From: Candidatus Saccharimonadales bacterium
GTDB taxonomy: Bacteria; Patescibacteriota; Saccharimonadia; Saccharimonadales; EFPC-124
Direction of reading: 5' to 3'
NCBI GenBank assembly: GCA_035457485.1
Contig: DATIBO010000006.1
Span: forward strand, 626,659 to 690,658
DNA: 64,000 nt
Positions 1 to 8,383 of the stretch are shown one piece after another (position 1 is the stretch's first letter; every line of letters starts with the position of its first letter). Below the pieces are notes generated by a model that worked only from the letters and a program-made list of their open reading frames with translations, was not told where the DNA came from and did no database searches. The position numbers and the translations under genes are program-made.

Positions 1-525
1 GATAAAGAGATTGCCGCTCAAACACACGACTGGAAGCACATCGTCAACCTAGGATTGGATCCAAAAGATCTACCTGAGTTTACAAGTCTGGCGTATAGAC
101 TGTGCAACGAACGAATTCCGCATGCACCGTTCCATAGGGGCGCAGAAGAAATGCTGTCCAATCTTAGATCTAAGGGCAAAATTTTAGGTATTTTCACTAC
201 AATGGATCGGCCTTTGCTTGAACCTGTTATTAAACAAAAACTTTTGGATGAAAAATTCGATGTAATTGTAGCCGGCACAGATGTAGAAAACCGCAAACCG
301 CAGCCAGATGGCGTCTTGTACGCACTTAAAAAACTTGGACACCAACCTAGCGAAAAAATAGTTTACATCGGCGACAAAGATACGGATATTTTATGCGGTC
401 GTAACGCCGGGGTTGAAACCATTCTATTTTTTCCGTCGCATCATGGTGAAGTTTACGATCGCGCGCCACTAGAGGCTAGTGAACCACACCACGAAATCAG
501 CGACTGGAATGAGCTATTGGTTTAA
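1..525 (+). CDS. HAD-superfamily hydrolase/phosphatase, 5' end outside window
   Basis: Frame 1 is open from nt 1. HAD C-terminal motifs are visible (..ENRKPQPDG.. and ..YIGDKDTDILCGRNAG..). Confidence 0.65.
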   Translation, partial: DKEIAAQTHDWKHIVNLGLDPKDLPEFTSLAYRLCNERIPHAPFHRGAEEMLSNLRSKGKILGIFTTMDRPLLEPVIKQKLLDEKFDVIVAGTDVENRKPQPDGVLYALKKLGHQPSEKIVYIGDKDTDILCGRNAGVETILFFPSHHGEVYDRAPLEASEPHHEISDWNELLV

Positions 526-1022
526 GCTTCGACTAGGTAATGTAGTTGAACCGTATCGTCTTTTAAAGTTGTGGCTTGCACAAGCCGTAACTTTTTAATG
601 TCAGCCATCTTAATAAACGGAATACCATCACCCAAAAAAGTTGGCATTACGTTTATAAAAATTTCATCAACCAAATTAAGCTCAATAAACTTACTATACA
701 CATACGAACCGCCGCAGATTGCTAGGGACTGTACGCCTTCGTTCTTAAGGCGTTCTACTAAATCTTCAAAGCCTGAGTTTACAAATTCAACCCCATCGAC
801 TGGCTCATGAGCTTCGTCGCTCAAAACAATTAATCGTCGGCCTTTAAGACCAACACCAAAAGTTTTAAAAGTATTTAAACCCATTACCAGCGTGCCGATT
901 TCTTTAGTTTTTTTGGTAAAAAACACTTTGTCGGCGTGGGTTGTCCATGCTGTAGCTAGGTGATTTTTATCGGCGCCAATCCTACCATCAGCAGACATTG
1001 CAACCAAAAGGCTTACCTTCAT
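522..1022 (-). CDS. Dihydrofolate-reductase-family protein (RibD C-terminal-domain type)
   Basis: 166 aa. MKVSLLVAMSADGRIG.. and ..LAICGGSYVYSKF.. fit the DHFR-like/RibD_C fold. ATGA start/stop overlap with dcd at 1019-1022. Confidence 0.55.
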   Translation of the reverse strand: MKVSLLVAMSADGRIGADKNHLATAWTTHADKVFFTKKTKEIGTLVMGLNTFKTFGVGLKGRRLIVLSDEAHEPVDGVEFVNSGFEDLVERLKNEGVQSLAICGGSYVYSKFIELNLVDEIFINVMPTFLGDGIPFIKMADIKKLRLVQATTLKDDTVQLHYLVEA

Positions 1023-1660
1023 ATCGCGTGCTCCTGCTTAAGCTGCATAATCTCGCCACGTTTAATCAAATCAATTTCAATTTCCTTCTCTTTTGGTAGC
1101 GCACCTATTAGCTCGCCGTCAATAATATCTTTTTTATGATAACGGCTTGGTCTAGGTTCAACTGGCGCCTCGAGCTCTTCGAGTGTAATTTGGCAAATTC
1201 GCTCACCAGGATAAAGGCGGATTGTTTGTGATTTTGTATTGTTGCGAATTGGAATAATCAACTGACCCTCGTAGCCAGCGTCAATCAAGCCGCTTAAATC
1301 AACTGCTAAACCACGGCGATTTGTGCTTGATCGCGGGTATAAAATCGCTAGTAAATCGTTAGGGATTTTGACAGATTCTAGTGTCGAGACCGTAACGTGT
1401 TCGCCTGGCAGCAGATCGAAAAACTGACCTTTCTCGAGCTCAATAACGTCAAATTTATTAGTCTCCTCGGCAAACGGATCCAAGCTTATAGATTCACGGC
1501 CACCAGGAGTGGCTTTCCAGGATTTTGGTACCAGAAATGTAAAACCTAAACGCAAATCGATCGAGTGCGGATGAAGCTGAAACTGATCTAAGCTTGGCGC
1601 GAACGACAAATCGCCGTCTTTTAATCTTTTCAAAATTGTGGGTTTGGTAAGTATGGCCAT
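1019..1660 (-). CDS. dcd: dCTP deaminase (dUTPase-fold)
   Basis: 213 aa. N-terminal ..ILKRLKDGDL.., ..HPHSIDLRLG.. and ..IDAGYEGQLIIPIRN.. are typical of dCTP deaminases. Confidence 0.8.
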   Translation of the reverse strand: MAILTKPTILKRLKDGDLSFAPSLDQFQLHPHSIDLRLGFTFLVPKSWKATPGGRESISLDPFAEETNKFDVIELEKGQFFDLLPGEHVTVSTLESVKIPNDLLAILYPRSSTNRRGLAVDLSGLIDAGYEGQLIIPIRNNTKSQTIRLYPGERICQITLEELEAPVEPRPSRYHKKDIIDGELIGALPKEKEIEIDLIKRGEIMQLKQEHAI

Positions 1661-1667
1661 GTTTCTC

Positions 1668-2504
1668 CTATAGAACTATCTTTAAACCTTTAATCGGCTC
1701 GTTTGGGGTATACTGCTTTTTAAAATCAGACATGATTTCATCAACTAACTTTACGTCCTTTTTTTCGGCGCGTTCAAAACTGTTTTTAGGTAATTTTACT
1801 ATGATATTTTTTTGTTTAACTTTTCGATTGATCATTTCTTTTGCTGCATCATAATGAATATCATAAACGTGCGCATTAGAAATTGAGTGAGTGTACACGC
1901 CAGGTTTTACCCCCAGGCGCTGCGCCAAAATAGCCAACAATAATGCAAATCCTGCCACGTCGTGAGGGAATCCTAAAATCATATCGTTTGACCGCACGAT
2001 ATTATGCAAATTGAGCCTACCACCAATTATGTTAACCGTAAAAGTATATGGGCAAGGTACATTACTTTTTTTGGCACCACCCAAGCCGTCATCACTTGGA
2101 TCCCAGGTTACAACCACGCCATGACGAGAGCTTGGATCTTTTTCGAGCAACTGAATTAATTTTCCTAGCTGATCACGGCCAAAGTGGCGACGCCATCTGT
2201 ATCCATAAGCTACGGTTACGACATCATTTGGATTCGTGAAATCGTCCCAGATCCCCGTAAAATCACGCAAAAAATCAGCGGGCTTGCGCGATCCCGAGAT
2301 AAACCAAACCTGTTCTGCGATGAATAGTTTTAATGGCACCGCCCGCACGGCCAAAATTGGAAAGCCTTGCTTTTGAACGTCAATAGAGAAAGAAACGCCC
2401 GGCAAAGACTTGGTTTTATGACCAGTACGCTGGTTAACCTCTTCTACGCCGTTATCGATAATTTCAGACAAGATATTTTTATAAATATCATCAAAAACTG
2501 CCAT
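1668..2504 (-). CDS. thyA: Thymidylate synthase (ThyA type)
   Basis: ..VPCPYTFT.. (catalytic Cys region) and ..RSNDMILGFPHDVAGFALL... Start trimmed to ATG 2504, which has GGAGGG 6 nt upstream. The 22 extra codons in the ORF track are rejected. Confidence 0.85.
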   Translation of the reverse strand: MAVFDDIYKNILSEIIDNGVEEVNQRTGHKTKSLPGVSFSIDVQKQGFPILAVRAVPLKLFIAEQVWFISGSRKPADFLRDFTGIWDDFTNPNDVVTVAYGYRWRRHFGRDQLGKLIQLLEKDPSSRHGVVVTWDPSDDGLGGAKKSNVPCPYTFTVNIIGGRLNLHNIVRSNDMILGFPHDVAGFALLLAILAQRLGVKPGVYTHSISNAHVYDIHYDAAKEMINRKVKQKNIIVKLPKNSFERAEKKDVKLVDEIMSDFKKQYTPNEPIKGLKIVL

Positions 2505-2521
2505 TGCTTTCCCTCCATTAC

Positions 2522-2537
2522 GTATATGGTAATATAC
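2522..2537. promoter_or_regulatory. Palindrome carrying face-to-face -10 elements of the divergent thyA / dCMP-deaminase promoters
   Basis: GTATATggtaATATAC. The + strand reads TGgTAATAT (2527-2535), 6 nt before ATG 2542. The - strand reads TATATT upstream of the thyA SD. Confidence 0.45.
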
Positions 2538-2541
2538 ATTC

Positions 2542-3036
2542 ATGAAACAAACTAGTGGCACGCTTGGCATAAATATGCCCTATATTCCCGATGGTCGAGA
2601 AATTATTTATCTGGAACATAACGAATATTTAGAAATGGCTAAAGATTTTGCCTTAAAAAATAGCAAAGACGACAGCTTAAAAAATGCCAGCGTCATAGTC
2701 AGGGATGGTGTGGTTTTGGGGATTGGAGCCAACGGATCGGATTATCATAAATTTAACGAGTGTATGCGCCGAAAACTCAACATCCCGACAGGCGAAGGTT
2801 ACGAGCTTTGCGAAGGGTGTCATCCTAAAAATCACGGAGAACCGCAGGCAATAAAAAATGCTATAGAAAACGGAAATAATTTAGCTGGTGCAGATTTATA
2901 TTTATGGGGCCATTGGTGGTGCTGCGAACCTTGCTGGAATGAAATGATTGCGGCTGGAATCAAAAACGTTTATCTTTTAAAGGACAGTCACGTATTTTTT
3001 AATAGAGAAGATCCTAATAACATTCTGGGGAAATAA
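2542..3036 (+). CDS. Deoxycytidylate (dCMP) deaminase
   Basis: Zinc-deaminase motifs ..NHGEPQAI.. and ..CCEPCWNEM... Stop overlaps the tmk start (TAATG). ATG 2542 lies 6 nt after an extended -10, so the mRNA is possibly leaderless. Confidence 0.75.
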   Translation: MKQTSGTLGINMPYIPDGREIIYLEHNEYLEMAKDFALKNSKDDSLKNASVIVRDGVVLGIGANGSDYHKFNECMRRKLNIPTGEGYELCEGCHPKNHGEPQAIKNAIENGNNLAGADLYLWGHWWCCEPCWNEMIAAGIKNVYLLKDSHVFFNREDPNNILGK

Positions 3037-3716
3037 TGGCAGGAAAATTTATCGTAATTGACGGCACAGACGGATCAGGCAAGGGTACACAGTTTGAGCT
3101 TTTGAAAGAGCGCATGGTAAAAGAAGGTTTGGACTTGGAAACTGTAGATTTTCCGCGTTATGACGAACCATCTTCTTATTTTGTGACTAGGTATTTAAAC
3201 GGAGCATACGGCAGCAAAGAAGACGTAGCTGCTAAAGAGGCTTCTCTTTTTTATGCGCTTGATCGCTACGAAGCCAAGGCAGGAATCAAAGAGGCGCTTA
3301 GTGTGGGCAAAACTGTTTTAGCGAATCGTTTTACCAGCTCAAACATGGGCTTGCAGGGCGCAAAAATAAAAGACGCTAGTGAGCGCATTAAGCTTTTTGA
3401 ATGGCTCGACGAGCTTGAGCACGAGATTTTAAAAATTCCGCGCCCCGATTGCGTAATTGTTCTAGATGTACCTGGTGCCGTTGCCCAAGCAAACGTAGAC
3501 AAAAAACAAGAACGCACATACACAAAAAAGAAACGCGACATTCACGAAGCAGATGCCACCTATCTACATACCGCAAACGAAACGTACAAACAACTTTGCG
3601 AACTTTATCCAAAACAATTTGTAAAAATTGACTGCATGAGGAACGACACGCAAATGAGATCTGAGAGCGAAATTCACAACTTGATTTGGCAAGTCTACCA
3701 ACAAAAAACCGCCTAA
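3036..3716 (+). CDS. tmk: Thymidylate kinase
   Basis: P-loop ..IVIDGTDGSGKGTQ.., ..DRY.. motif, length 226 aa. Confidence 0.85.
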   Translation: MAGKFIVIDGTDGSGKGTQFELLKERMVKEGLDLETVDFPRYDEPSSYFVTRYLNGAYGSKEDVAAKEASLFYALDRYEAKAGIKEALSVGKTVLANRFTSSNMGLQGAKIKDASERIKLFEWLDELEHEILKIPRPDCVIVLDVPGAVAQANVDKKQERTYTKKKRDIHEADATYLHTANETYKQLCELYPKQFVKIDCMRNDTQMRSESEIHNLIWQVYQQKTA

Positions 3717-4696
3717 CTTACGAGTGACTCTTTGCGCTCGCTTTCGCGAGCCTCGAGCCAAGCCTGAACCAGTTCTGGGTATTCCAATGTTTGCACCTCG
3801 TCATAGTAGCTACTTGTTCGCGTTCTTTTTAACGCCTCGGGCATTTGCGGCTCAGACGGTTCGTCGTGCCATTTCTCTCGGTAAACAAATAGATTCGAGT
3901 GAATAAGCTCGATCGCCTCAGGGCGCTCCTCGACCGTATCGTTTACAAACTTAAAGTAGCCTTCCTCAACCATATACGAGTTCCTCGAAATATGACCTTT
4001 GATTTTTCTTTTAATAAGCTCGCTGACTAGCGGATTTAATTTATTTAAATCGTAAATATACTCTGAGCGCTTTTTAATAAAAATTGTATCTTTAGTTAAA
4101 TTATCATAAATCTCAGCTTTTAAGGTGTTGCGAGTCATACAGATCAATCCAGCCTCAAGTGCCTCAGGACTAATTGCATGAAAGTACATTGTGCAATTTT
4201 CGGGTGCAAGATCGTACGTGTCGACATTAAACTGAAACTCTTCATCACTACTCATATGAAGATCTAAAACAGCAAGCAACTGTTCGAGCTCGGTTTGCAT
4301 ACTATCGGCCGCATCCCAATTACCACCTGGGTGGTTAGTTCGGTCAAGATCCAACGTTTTAAAATCGCGCTCTTCGAAAAAGCTAATAAAACGCTCAGCA
4401 ACCGAAGCGCCTTTTTCAATTGAAGGCAGCTTTGCTATTGCCGCGGCTCGCTTGGCGTCTAGTTCATCTATGAGCTCACGTGCAGCTAAATGATTCTCGA
4501 AAGCAGCCAGATTTTCTACATCATCCATACTAGGTCGTGAATAATACTGCGGGTCTGCCGCGATAAATCGCAAACGAATCTCAGTTGGAGAATCACGAAA
4601 ATAATTAACCTCGCGAAACTGCTCGCGTCTAATAGCGGTCGTTTCGACGATTGAGTCTCTGACTTGTTTTAATCTATCTGATCTAAAAAATTCCAT
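3713..4696 (-). CDS. Hypothetical acidic cytoplasmic protein (327 aa)
   Basis: ATG 4694-4696 is preceded by AGGAGA at 5-nt spacing. The 44-codon upstream extension in the ORF track runs into GC-rich islet A and is rejected. No family recognised. Its stop overlaps the tmk stop (convergent 4-nt overlap). Confidence 0.6.
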   Translation of the reverse strand: MEFFRSDRLKQVRDSIVETTAIRREQFREVNYFRDSPTEIRLRFIAADPQYYSRPSMDDVENLAAFENHLAARELIDELDAKRAAAIAKLPSIEKGASVAERFISFFEERDFKTLDLDRTNHPGGNWDAADSMQTELEQLLAVLDLHMSSDEEFQFNVDTYDLAPENCTMYFHAISPEALEAGLICMTRNTLKAEIYDNLTKDTIFIKKRSEYIYDLNKLNPLVSELIKRKIKGHISRNSYMVEEGYFKFVNDTVEERPEAIELIHSNLFVYREKWHDEPSEPQMPEALKRTRTSSYYDEVQTLEYPELVQAWLEARESERKESLVS

Positions 4697-4722
4697 ATCT
4701 TTCTCCTGGGTGTTGTAGGCCA

Positions 4723-4750
4723 CCGCCACTCTTGGATCGCAAGAGGGCGG
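4723..4750 (-). terminator. GC-rich hairpin between the islet-A ORF and the downstream gene (no U-tract)
   Basis: CCGCC(a)CTCTT ggatcgc AAGAGGGCGG: 10 bp with one bulge. Confidence 0.35.
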
Positions 4751-4794
4751 CAGCCAAATTGACTCAGTGCCGGGGTCGCCGGATGTGAGTCGGA

Positions 4795-5181
4795 CTACAG
4801 GTGACCATCCGCGCCCAACGCACGCCACGGATTGCCTCCGTAGGGCTTGCGAACCAGGGCAGCGTCTGGGGAGTCGGTGCTAGGCTTTTCGAGCTTGCTG
4901 GGGTTCGAGAAGCTGATGACCTGCTCAGCATTCGGCCGGTCCGACGTCTCATCAGGGGTCGGCGGCCGCGAGATCGTGTTGATCCGCTGGATCAGGCGAC
5001 CGATTGCAGCACGCTCGCGATTACTCGGCTCGTCCTGCAACAGGTAGCGCAGGCGCTCGAGCATGGTCGCCAGCTCGTTGATCACACCCAGCGACAGCAT
5101 CTTCTTAGGGTCGCGGTCGGCAGGTACGATCAGATCCAGGCGTGCGACAATCTCGTCGAGAGTAGCGTCGACGGTGTCCAA
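4795..5181 (-). CDS. GC-rich islet A ORF, hypothetical 128-aa protein
   Basis: TTG start with GAGGAG 5 nt upstream. Codon third positions are mostly G/C. The opposite-strand ORFs are Arg-rich shadows. No family recognised. Confidence 0.5.
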   Translation of the reverse strand: MDTVDATLDEIVARLDLIVPADRDPKKMLSLGVINELATMLERLRYLLQDEPSNRERAAIGRLIQRINTISRPPTPDETSDRPNAEQVISFSNPSKLEKPSTDSPDAALVRKPYGGNPWRALGADGHL

Positions 5182-5302
5182 CTTAACTCCTCAAGCACTT
5201 GTAGTTCGATGGCAGTTCAAGTTAGCCATCGCGGGTCACACAGACCCGCCTAAGGAGCAACATCGGCCAGTTGAGCTGCTCCTTAGGCCGGCCAACCAGA
5301 AT

Positions 5303-5329
5303 TAAAAAACCGAGCGATTGAGCTCGGTT
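5303..5329 (-). terminator. Rho-independent terminator on the minus strand, with no annotated upstream gene
   Basis: AACCGAGC gattga GCTCGGTT with an A6 run on + (a T-run on -). It lies upstream of the islet-A ORF. Confidence 0.55.
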
Positions 5330-5516
5330 CCGATAATCTGATTAACTAAAGTGAACGGCTCAACCACGAGGATACGCAAAAATGAGGCTAATAATCGCCA
5401 TCTGTCCGCGCACCACTGATTGATAAAATTTATTCACACTTTGTTTATACAGGTAAAGAATGTTTTTGTCAAAAGTCTACACACAACATACGTCTAAATC
5501 GCGGTGGTTAATATCG

Positions 5517-5545
5517 TTGACTTACACACAATATTCCTGTATATT
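5517..5545 (+). promoter_or_regulatory. Sigma-70-type promoter of the rplJL operon
   Basis: TTGACT (5517-5522), 17-nt spacer ending in TG, then TATATT (5540-5545). Confidence 0.55.
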
Positions 5546-5551
5546 TAAGAG

Positions 5552-5727
5552 GAACATTGCCACAGACAGTAGCTGCCCACAAAGCTTAATCCGCTACCGA
5601 GGAATGACACAAAAATCATTTTTACGTTTTAAAGTCTTTGGTAATGCGAGAATCAAAGACTTTTTTGTTTCTCAAGCATTTTAACAATCTGGCCGATCAC
5701 AAATAAAATAACAGGAGTTTAACGACT
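5552..5727 (+). promoter_or_regulatory. Candidate L10 leader with terminator-like attenuator
   Basis: About 175 nt of leader before rplJ. Hairpin AAAGTCTTTG (5631-5640) / CAAAGACTTT (5654-5663) runs into TTTTTTGTTT. Confidence 0.4.
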
Positions 5728-6261
5728 ATGGCGATTTCACGTCAGACAAAAGAAACTCAGGTAGCTGAACTTGCTGAACTTTTAGCTAGCGCTAAACTTA
5801 CAGCTTTTGCAGCTTACCAGGGTCTTTCTGTAAAAGAACTCCAAACTCTGCGTCGCTCGGCTCGCGAAGCTGGCGTTACAATTAAAGTTGTTAAAAACCG
5901 ACTTGTGCGCATCGCTCTTAGCCAAACCGAGAACCTAAAAAACGTTGAAGCAGGCGCCCTAAAAGGTCAATTGCTTTACGCCGTAAGCAGCGAAGACGAA
6001 GTTGCACCCGCACAGGTGTTAGCTAAATTTGCTAAAGACCACGAAGCCCTACAACTGTTAGGCGGTATCGATGCCACTGGTGTCGTACTCGACCAAGCAG
6101 ACGTAAAGGCTTTGGCGGATCTTCCGAGCAAAGATCAACTTCGCGGAATGCTTGTTGGCACATTGGCCGCACCACTCAGTGGTTTCGTCAATGTTTTGGC
6201 CGGCAACGTTCGTGGCGTGCTAAACGTTTTGAACGCTCGCGCAGAAGCTTTGGAAAATTAA
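5728..6261 (+). CDS. rplJ: 50S ribosomal protein L10
   Basis: 177 aa. ..KVVKNRL.. and position upstream of rplL. Confidence 0.95.
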   Translation: MAISRQTKETQVAELAELLASAKLTAFAAYQGLSVKELQTLRRSAREAGVTIKVVKNRLVRIALSQTENLKNVEAGALKGQLLYAVSSEDEVAPAQVLAKFAKDHEALQLLGGIDATGVVLDQADVKALADLPSKDQLRGMLVGTLAAPLSGFVNVLAGNVRGVLNVLNARAEALEN

Positions 6262-6270
6262 TCAGTAATT

Positions 6271-6520
6271 CGCAAAAGCTTTTGAATATTTTTTCCTCGG
6301 AACTGCGGTTCTTGAATGTGTTCTATAACACATTCTGCGCTTCCGATGTTCCTTGAAAATAAATATTCAGCGCTTTTGATCTACGACCAACCGAAGATCT
6401 AAAGGATTTTCACAAATGATAAGTCGAGAGATTTTAATTACTATTTTTAAAGCACCTCGGAAGCGAAAAATATGTTAAAAAACATATTTTTTGACCCGCA
6501 AGTGCTGCGAAAATATAATT
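6271..6520. repeat. Two related palindromic hairpin elements in the rplJ-rplL spacer
   Basis: GAATGTGTTctatAACACATTC (about 6314-6335), nested in a roughly 110-nt imperfect hairpin. AAAATATGTTaaaaAACATATTTT (about 6467-6490). Both are preceded by CCTCGGAA. Confidence 0.5.
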
Positions 6521-6575
6521 AAAGATCGCGCAAACTGAGACTTAAAATTCTCAAAATAACTAAGGAGACCATAAC

Positions 6576-6983
6576 ATGGCAGATGAAAACAAAGTGGTAG
6601 AAGTACCAAAAGAATTCGAAAAACTAGTTGCTGAACTAGACAAAATGAGCGCACTAGAAATTAGCAAATTTGTTAAATTCCTAGAAGAATACTGGGGTGT
6701 TAGCGCAGCTGCTCCAGCAGTAGCTATGGCTATGCCAGTTGCTGGCGAAGCTGCTGCCGCTGCAGACGAAAAAACCGAGTTCACTGTAACTCTTAAAGAT
6801 GCAGGCGCACAAAAAGTTGCTGTAATCAAAGCTGTTAAAGAACTAACAGGTCAAGGTTTAGGCGAAGCTAAAGGTCTAGTTGACGGCGCTCCAAGCGTTA
6901 TCAAAGACAAAGTTAGCAAAGACGAAGCTGACGCAGCTAAAAAAGCTCTAGAAGAAGCTGGTGCTACTGTAGAAGTAGCCTAA
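6576..6983 (+). CDS. rplL: 50S ribosomal protein L7/L12
   Basis: Ala-rich hinge, ..[27 protein letters not shown]... SD is TAAGGAGA. Confidence 0.95.
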   Translation: MADENKVVEVPKEFEKLVAELDKMSALEISKFVKFLEEYWGVSAAAPAVAMAMPVAGEAAAAADEKTEFTVTLKDAGAQKVAVIKAVKELTGQGLGEAKGLVDGAPSVIKDKVSKDEADAAKKALEEAGATVEVA

Positions 6984-7014
6984 GACTTTTAGGCAATCGG
7001 CCAGATGCAAAACG

Positions 7015-7036
7015 CAGCCCCAATGGGGCTGTTTTT
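7015..7036 (+). terminator. Rho-independent terminator after rplL
   Basis: CAGCCCC aat GGGGCTG followed by TTTTT. Confidence 0.8.
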
Positions 7037-7102
7037 GTATTTAAAATCAGTCGGCTCGGTTTTAGCACTTGCGAGGTTATTGATAAAACCCAAAAGCAAT
7101 AG

Positions 7103-7223
7103 TATAATAGGCTCGATGAAAAGCTGTTTCTTTGTTCTCGAAATTCGCATGCCTCGTAACGCGGCTACAGCTTAAAATATCCCTCAAAATTGTAAGCCAG
7201 CCGCAAATAGCGGCTATTTTTAT
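7103..7223 (+). promoter_or_regulatory. TATAAT promoter plus structured leader with terminator/antiterminator geometry
   Basis: TATAAT at 7103-7108. AGCCGC (7199-7204) can pair with GCGGCT at 7161-7166 or at 7210-7215. The latter is followed by ATTTTTA and the SD of the M20 gene. Confidence 0.35.
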
Positions 7224-7231
7224 GGAGCAAT

Positions 7232-8383
7232 ATGTCACAAGAAAAATTTGTTGAATTACTATCGCAGTTAGTTGCAATTGAATCAGTTGCCAGCAACAAG
7301 CAGGCGTTGCACAACGCCGTAGATTTTATAGGGGACCTCATTAAAGATGTGCCTAATGTAACAATCGAAAAACACCAAAGTAACGGTGTGCCGAGCTTGC
7401 TTGCCTACAAAGGCAATAGGACTGCAAAGTTTGATATTTTGCTAAACGCTCATGTCGATGTTGTTCCTGCTGATCCAAGTTCATTTAAAGTAGCTGTAAA
7501 AGACGGTCGAATTTACGGCCGCGGCGTTCTCGACATGAAAGGGACTGCAATTGCACTCGCACAAGTCTTTAAGCAAGCAGTAAACAATGTACCGTACAAC
7601 TTAGGTCTACAAATAGTAAGCGATGAGGAAGTTGGCGGTCAGGATGGCGTGAATTACTATCTAAAAAACGGTCTTGAAGCAGATTTCGTTATCCTTGGTG
7701 AATACAACAACACAAAAAACACAATTTACAACGCAGCGCGCGGCATTTGTTGGATTGAAGTTGGTTTTAAGGGTGAATCTGCTCATGGCGCCCACCTCTG
7801 GCACGGCAGCAATGCAATAGTAAAAGCAAGTGAATTTGTTACAGGCATTCTTAAATGTTACCCAACGCCAAAGGCTGAAACCTGGACAACCACAGCTAAC
7901 ATTGCGACGATTAGCACCGAAAATGAAACCTATAATAAAGTACCCGACAAAGCAAAAGTTAAAATCGACTTTAGATTCACACAAGAGGATCCAAATTTTA
8001 AAGACAAACAAAGTGTAAAAGATTTTGTCAAAAGCATCCACCCAGAGGCCGAACTATTACAGTTTGTGAATTTTGAGCCATCAGTGCATGTAGAAGAGTT
8101 GAATCCGTACGTACAGGGGTTAAGTAGTGCACTTCAGAAGGTAACTGGCAGCCCTGTGAGCTACAAAAGTAGACCGGGCGGCAGCGATGGGCGGCATTTT
8201 GCAGCCAAAAACATCGATGTCGTAGAATTTGGCTTGTACGGTGAAGGTTCACACAGTCCAAATGAGTACATAGAAACAAGTTCGTTTACGGAATATGTTT
8301 CGGTTTTAAACAATTTTTTACAAAATCCTAAGTCACAAGTAAAGGTTGAACAGAATGAACGAAGCTCAGTCGCTTCTAGATAA
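7232..8383 (+). CDS. M20-family metallopeptidase (ArgE/DapE-like)
   Basis: ..NAHVDVVPA.., ..GRGVLDMKG.., ..SDEEVGG... Confidence 0.75.
   Translation: MSQEKFVELLSQLVAIESVASNKQALHNAVDFIGDLIKDVPNVTIEKHQSNGVPSLLAYKGNRTAKFDILLNAHVDVVPADPSSFKVAVKDGRIYGRGVLDMKGTAIALAQVFKQAVNNVPYNLGLQIVSDEEVGGQDGVNYYLKNGLEADFVILGEYNNTKNTIYNAARGICWIEVGFKGESAHGAHLWHGSNAIVKASEFVTGILKCYPTPKAETWTTTANIATISTENETYNKVPDKAKVKIDFRFTQEDPNFKDKQSVKDFVKSIHPEAELLQFVNFEPSVHVEELNPYVQGLSSALQKVTGSPVSYKSRPGGSDGRHFAAKNIDVVEFGLYGEGSHSPNEYIETSSFTEYVSVLNNFLQNPKSQVKVEQNERSSVASR

Noticed and set aside
4764-5305. Plus- and minus-strand ORFs overlapping islet A (4801-5253, 4847-5047 and 5063-5305 on +; 4764-4952 on -), and similar ones in islets B and C (13105-13302, 16116-16355, 16186-16599).
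   Set aside because: Same reasoning: Arg-rich shadow frames of GC-rich coding sequence.
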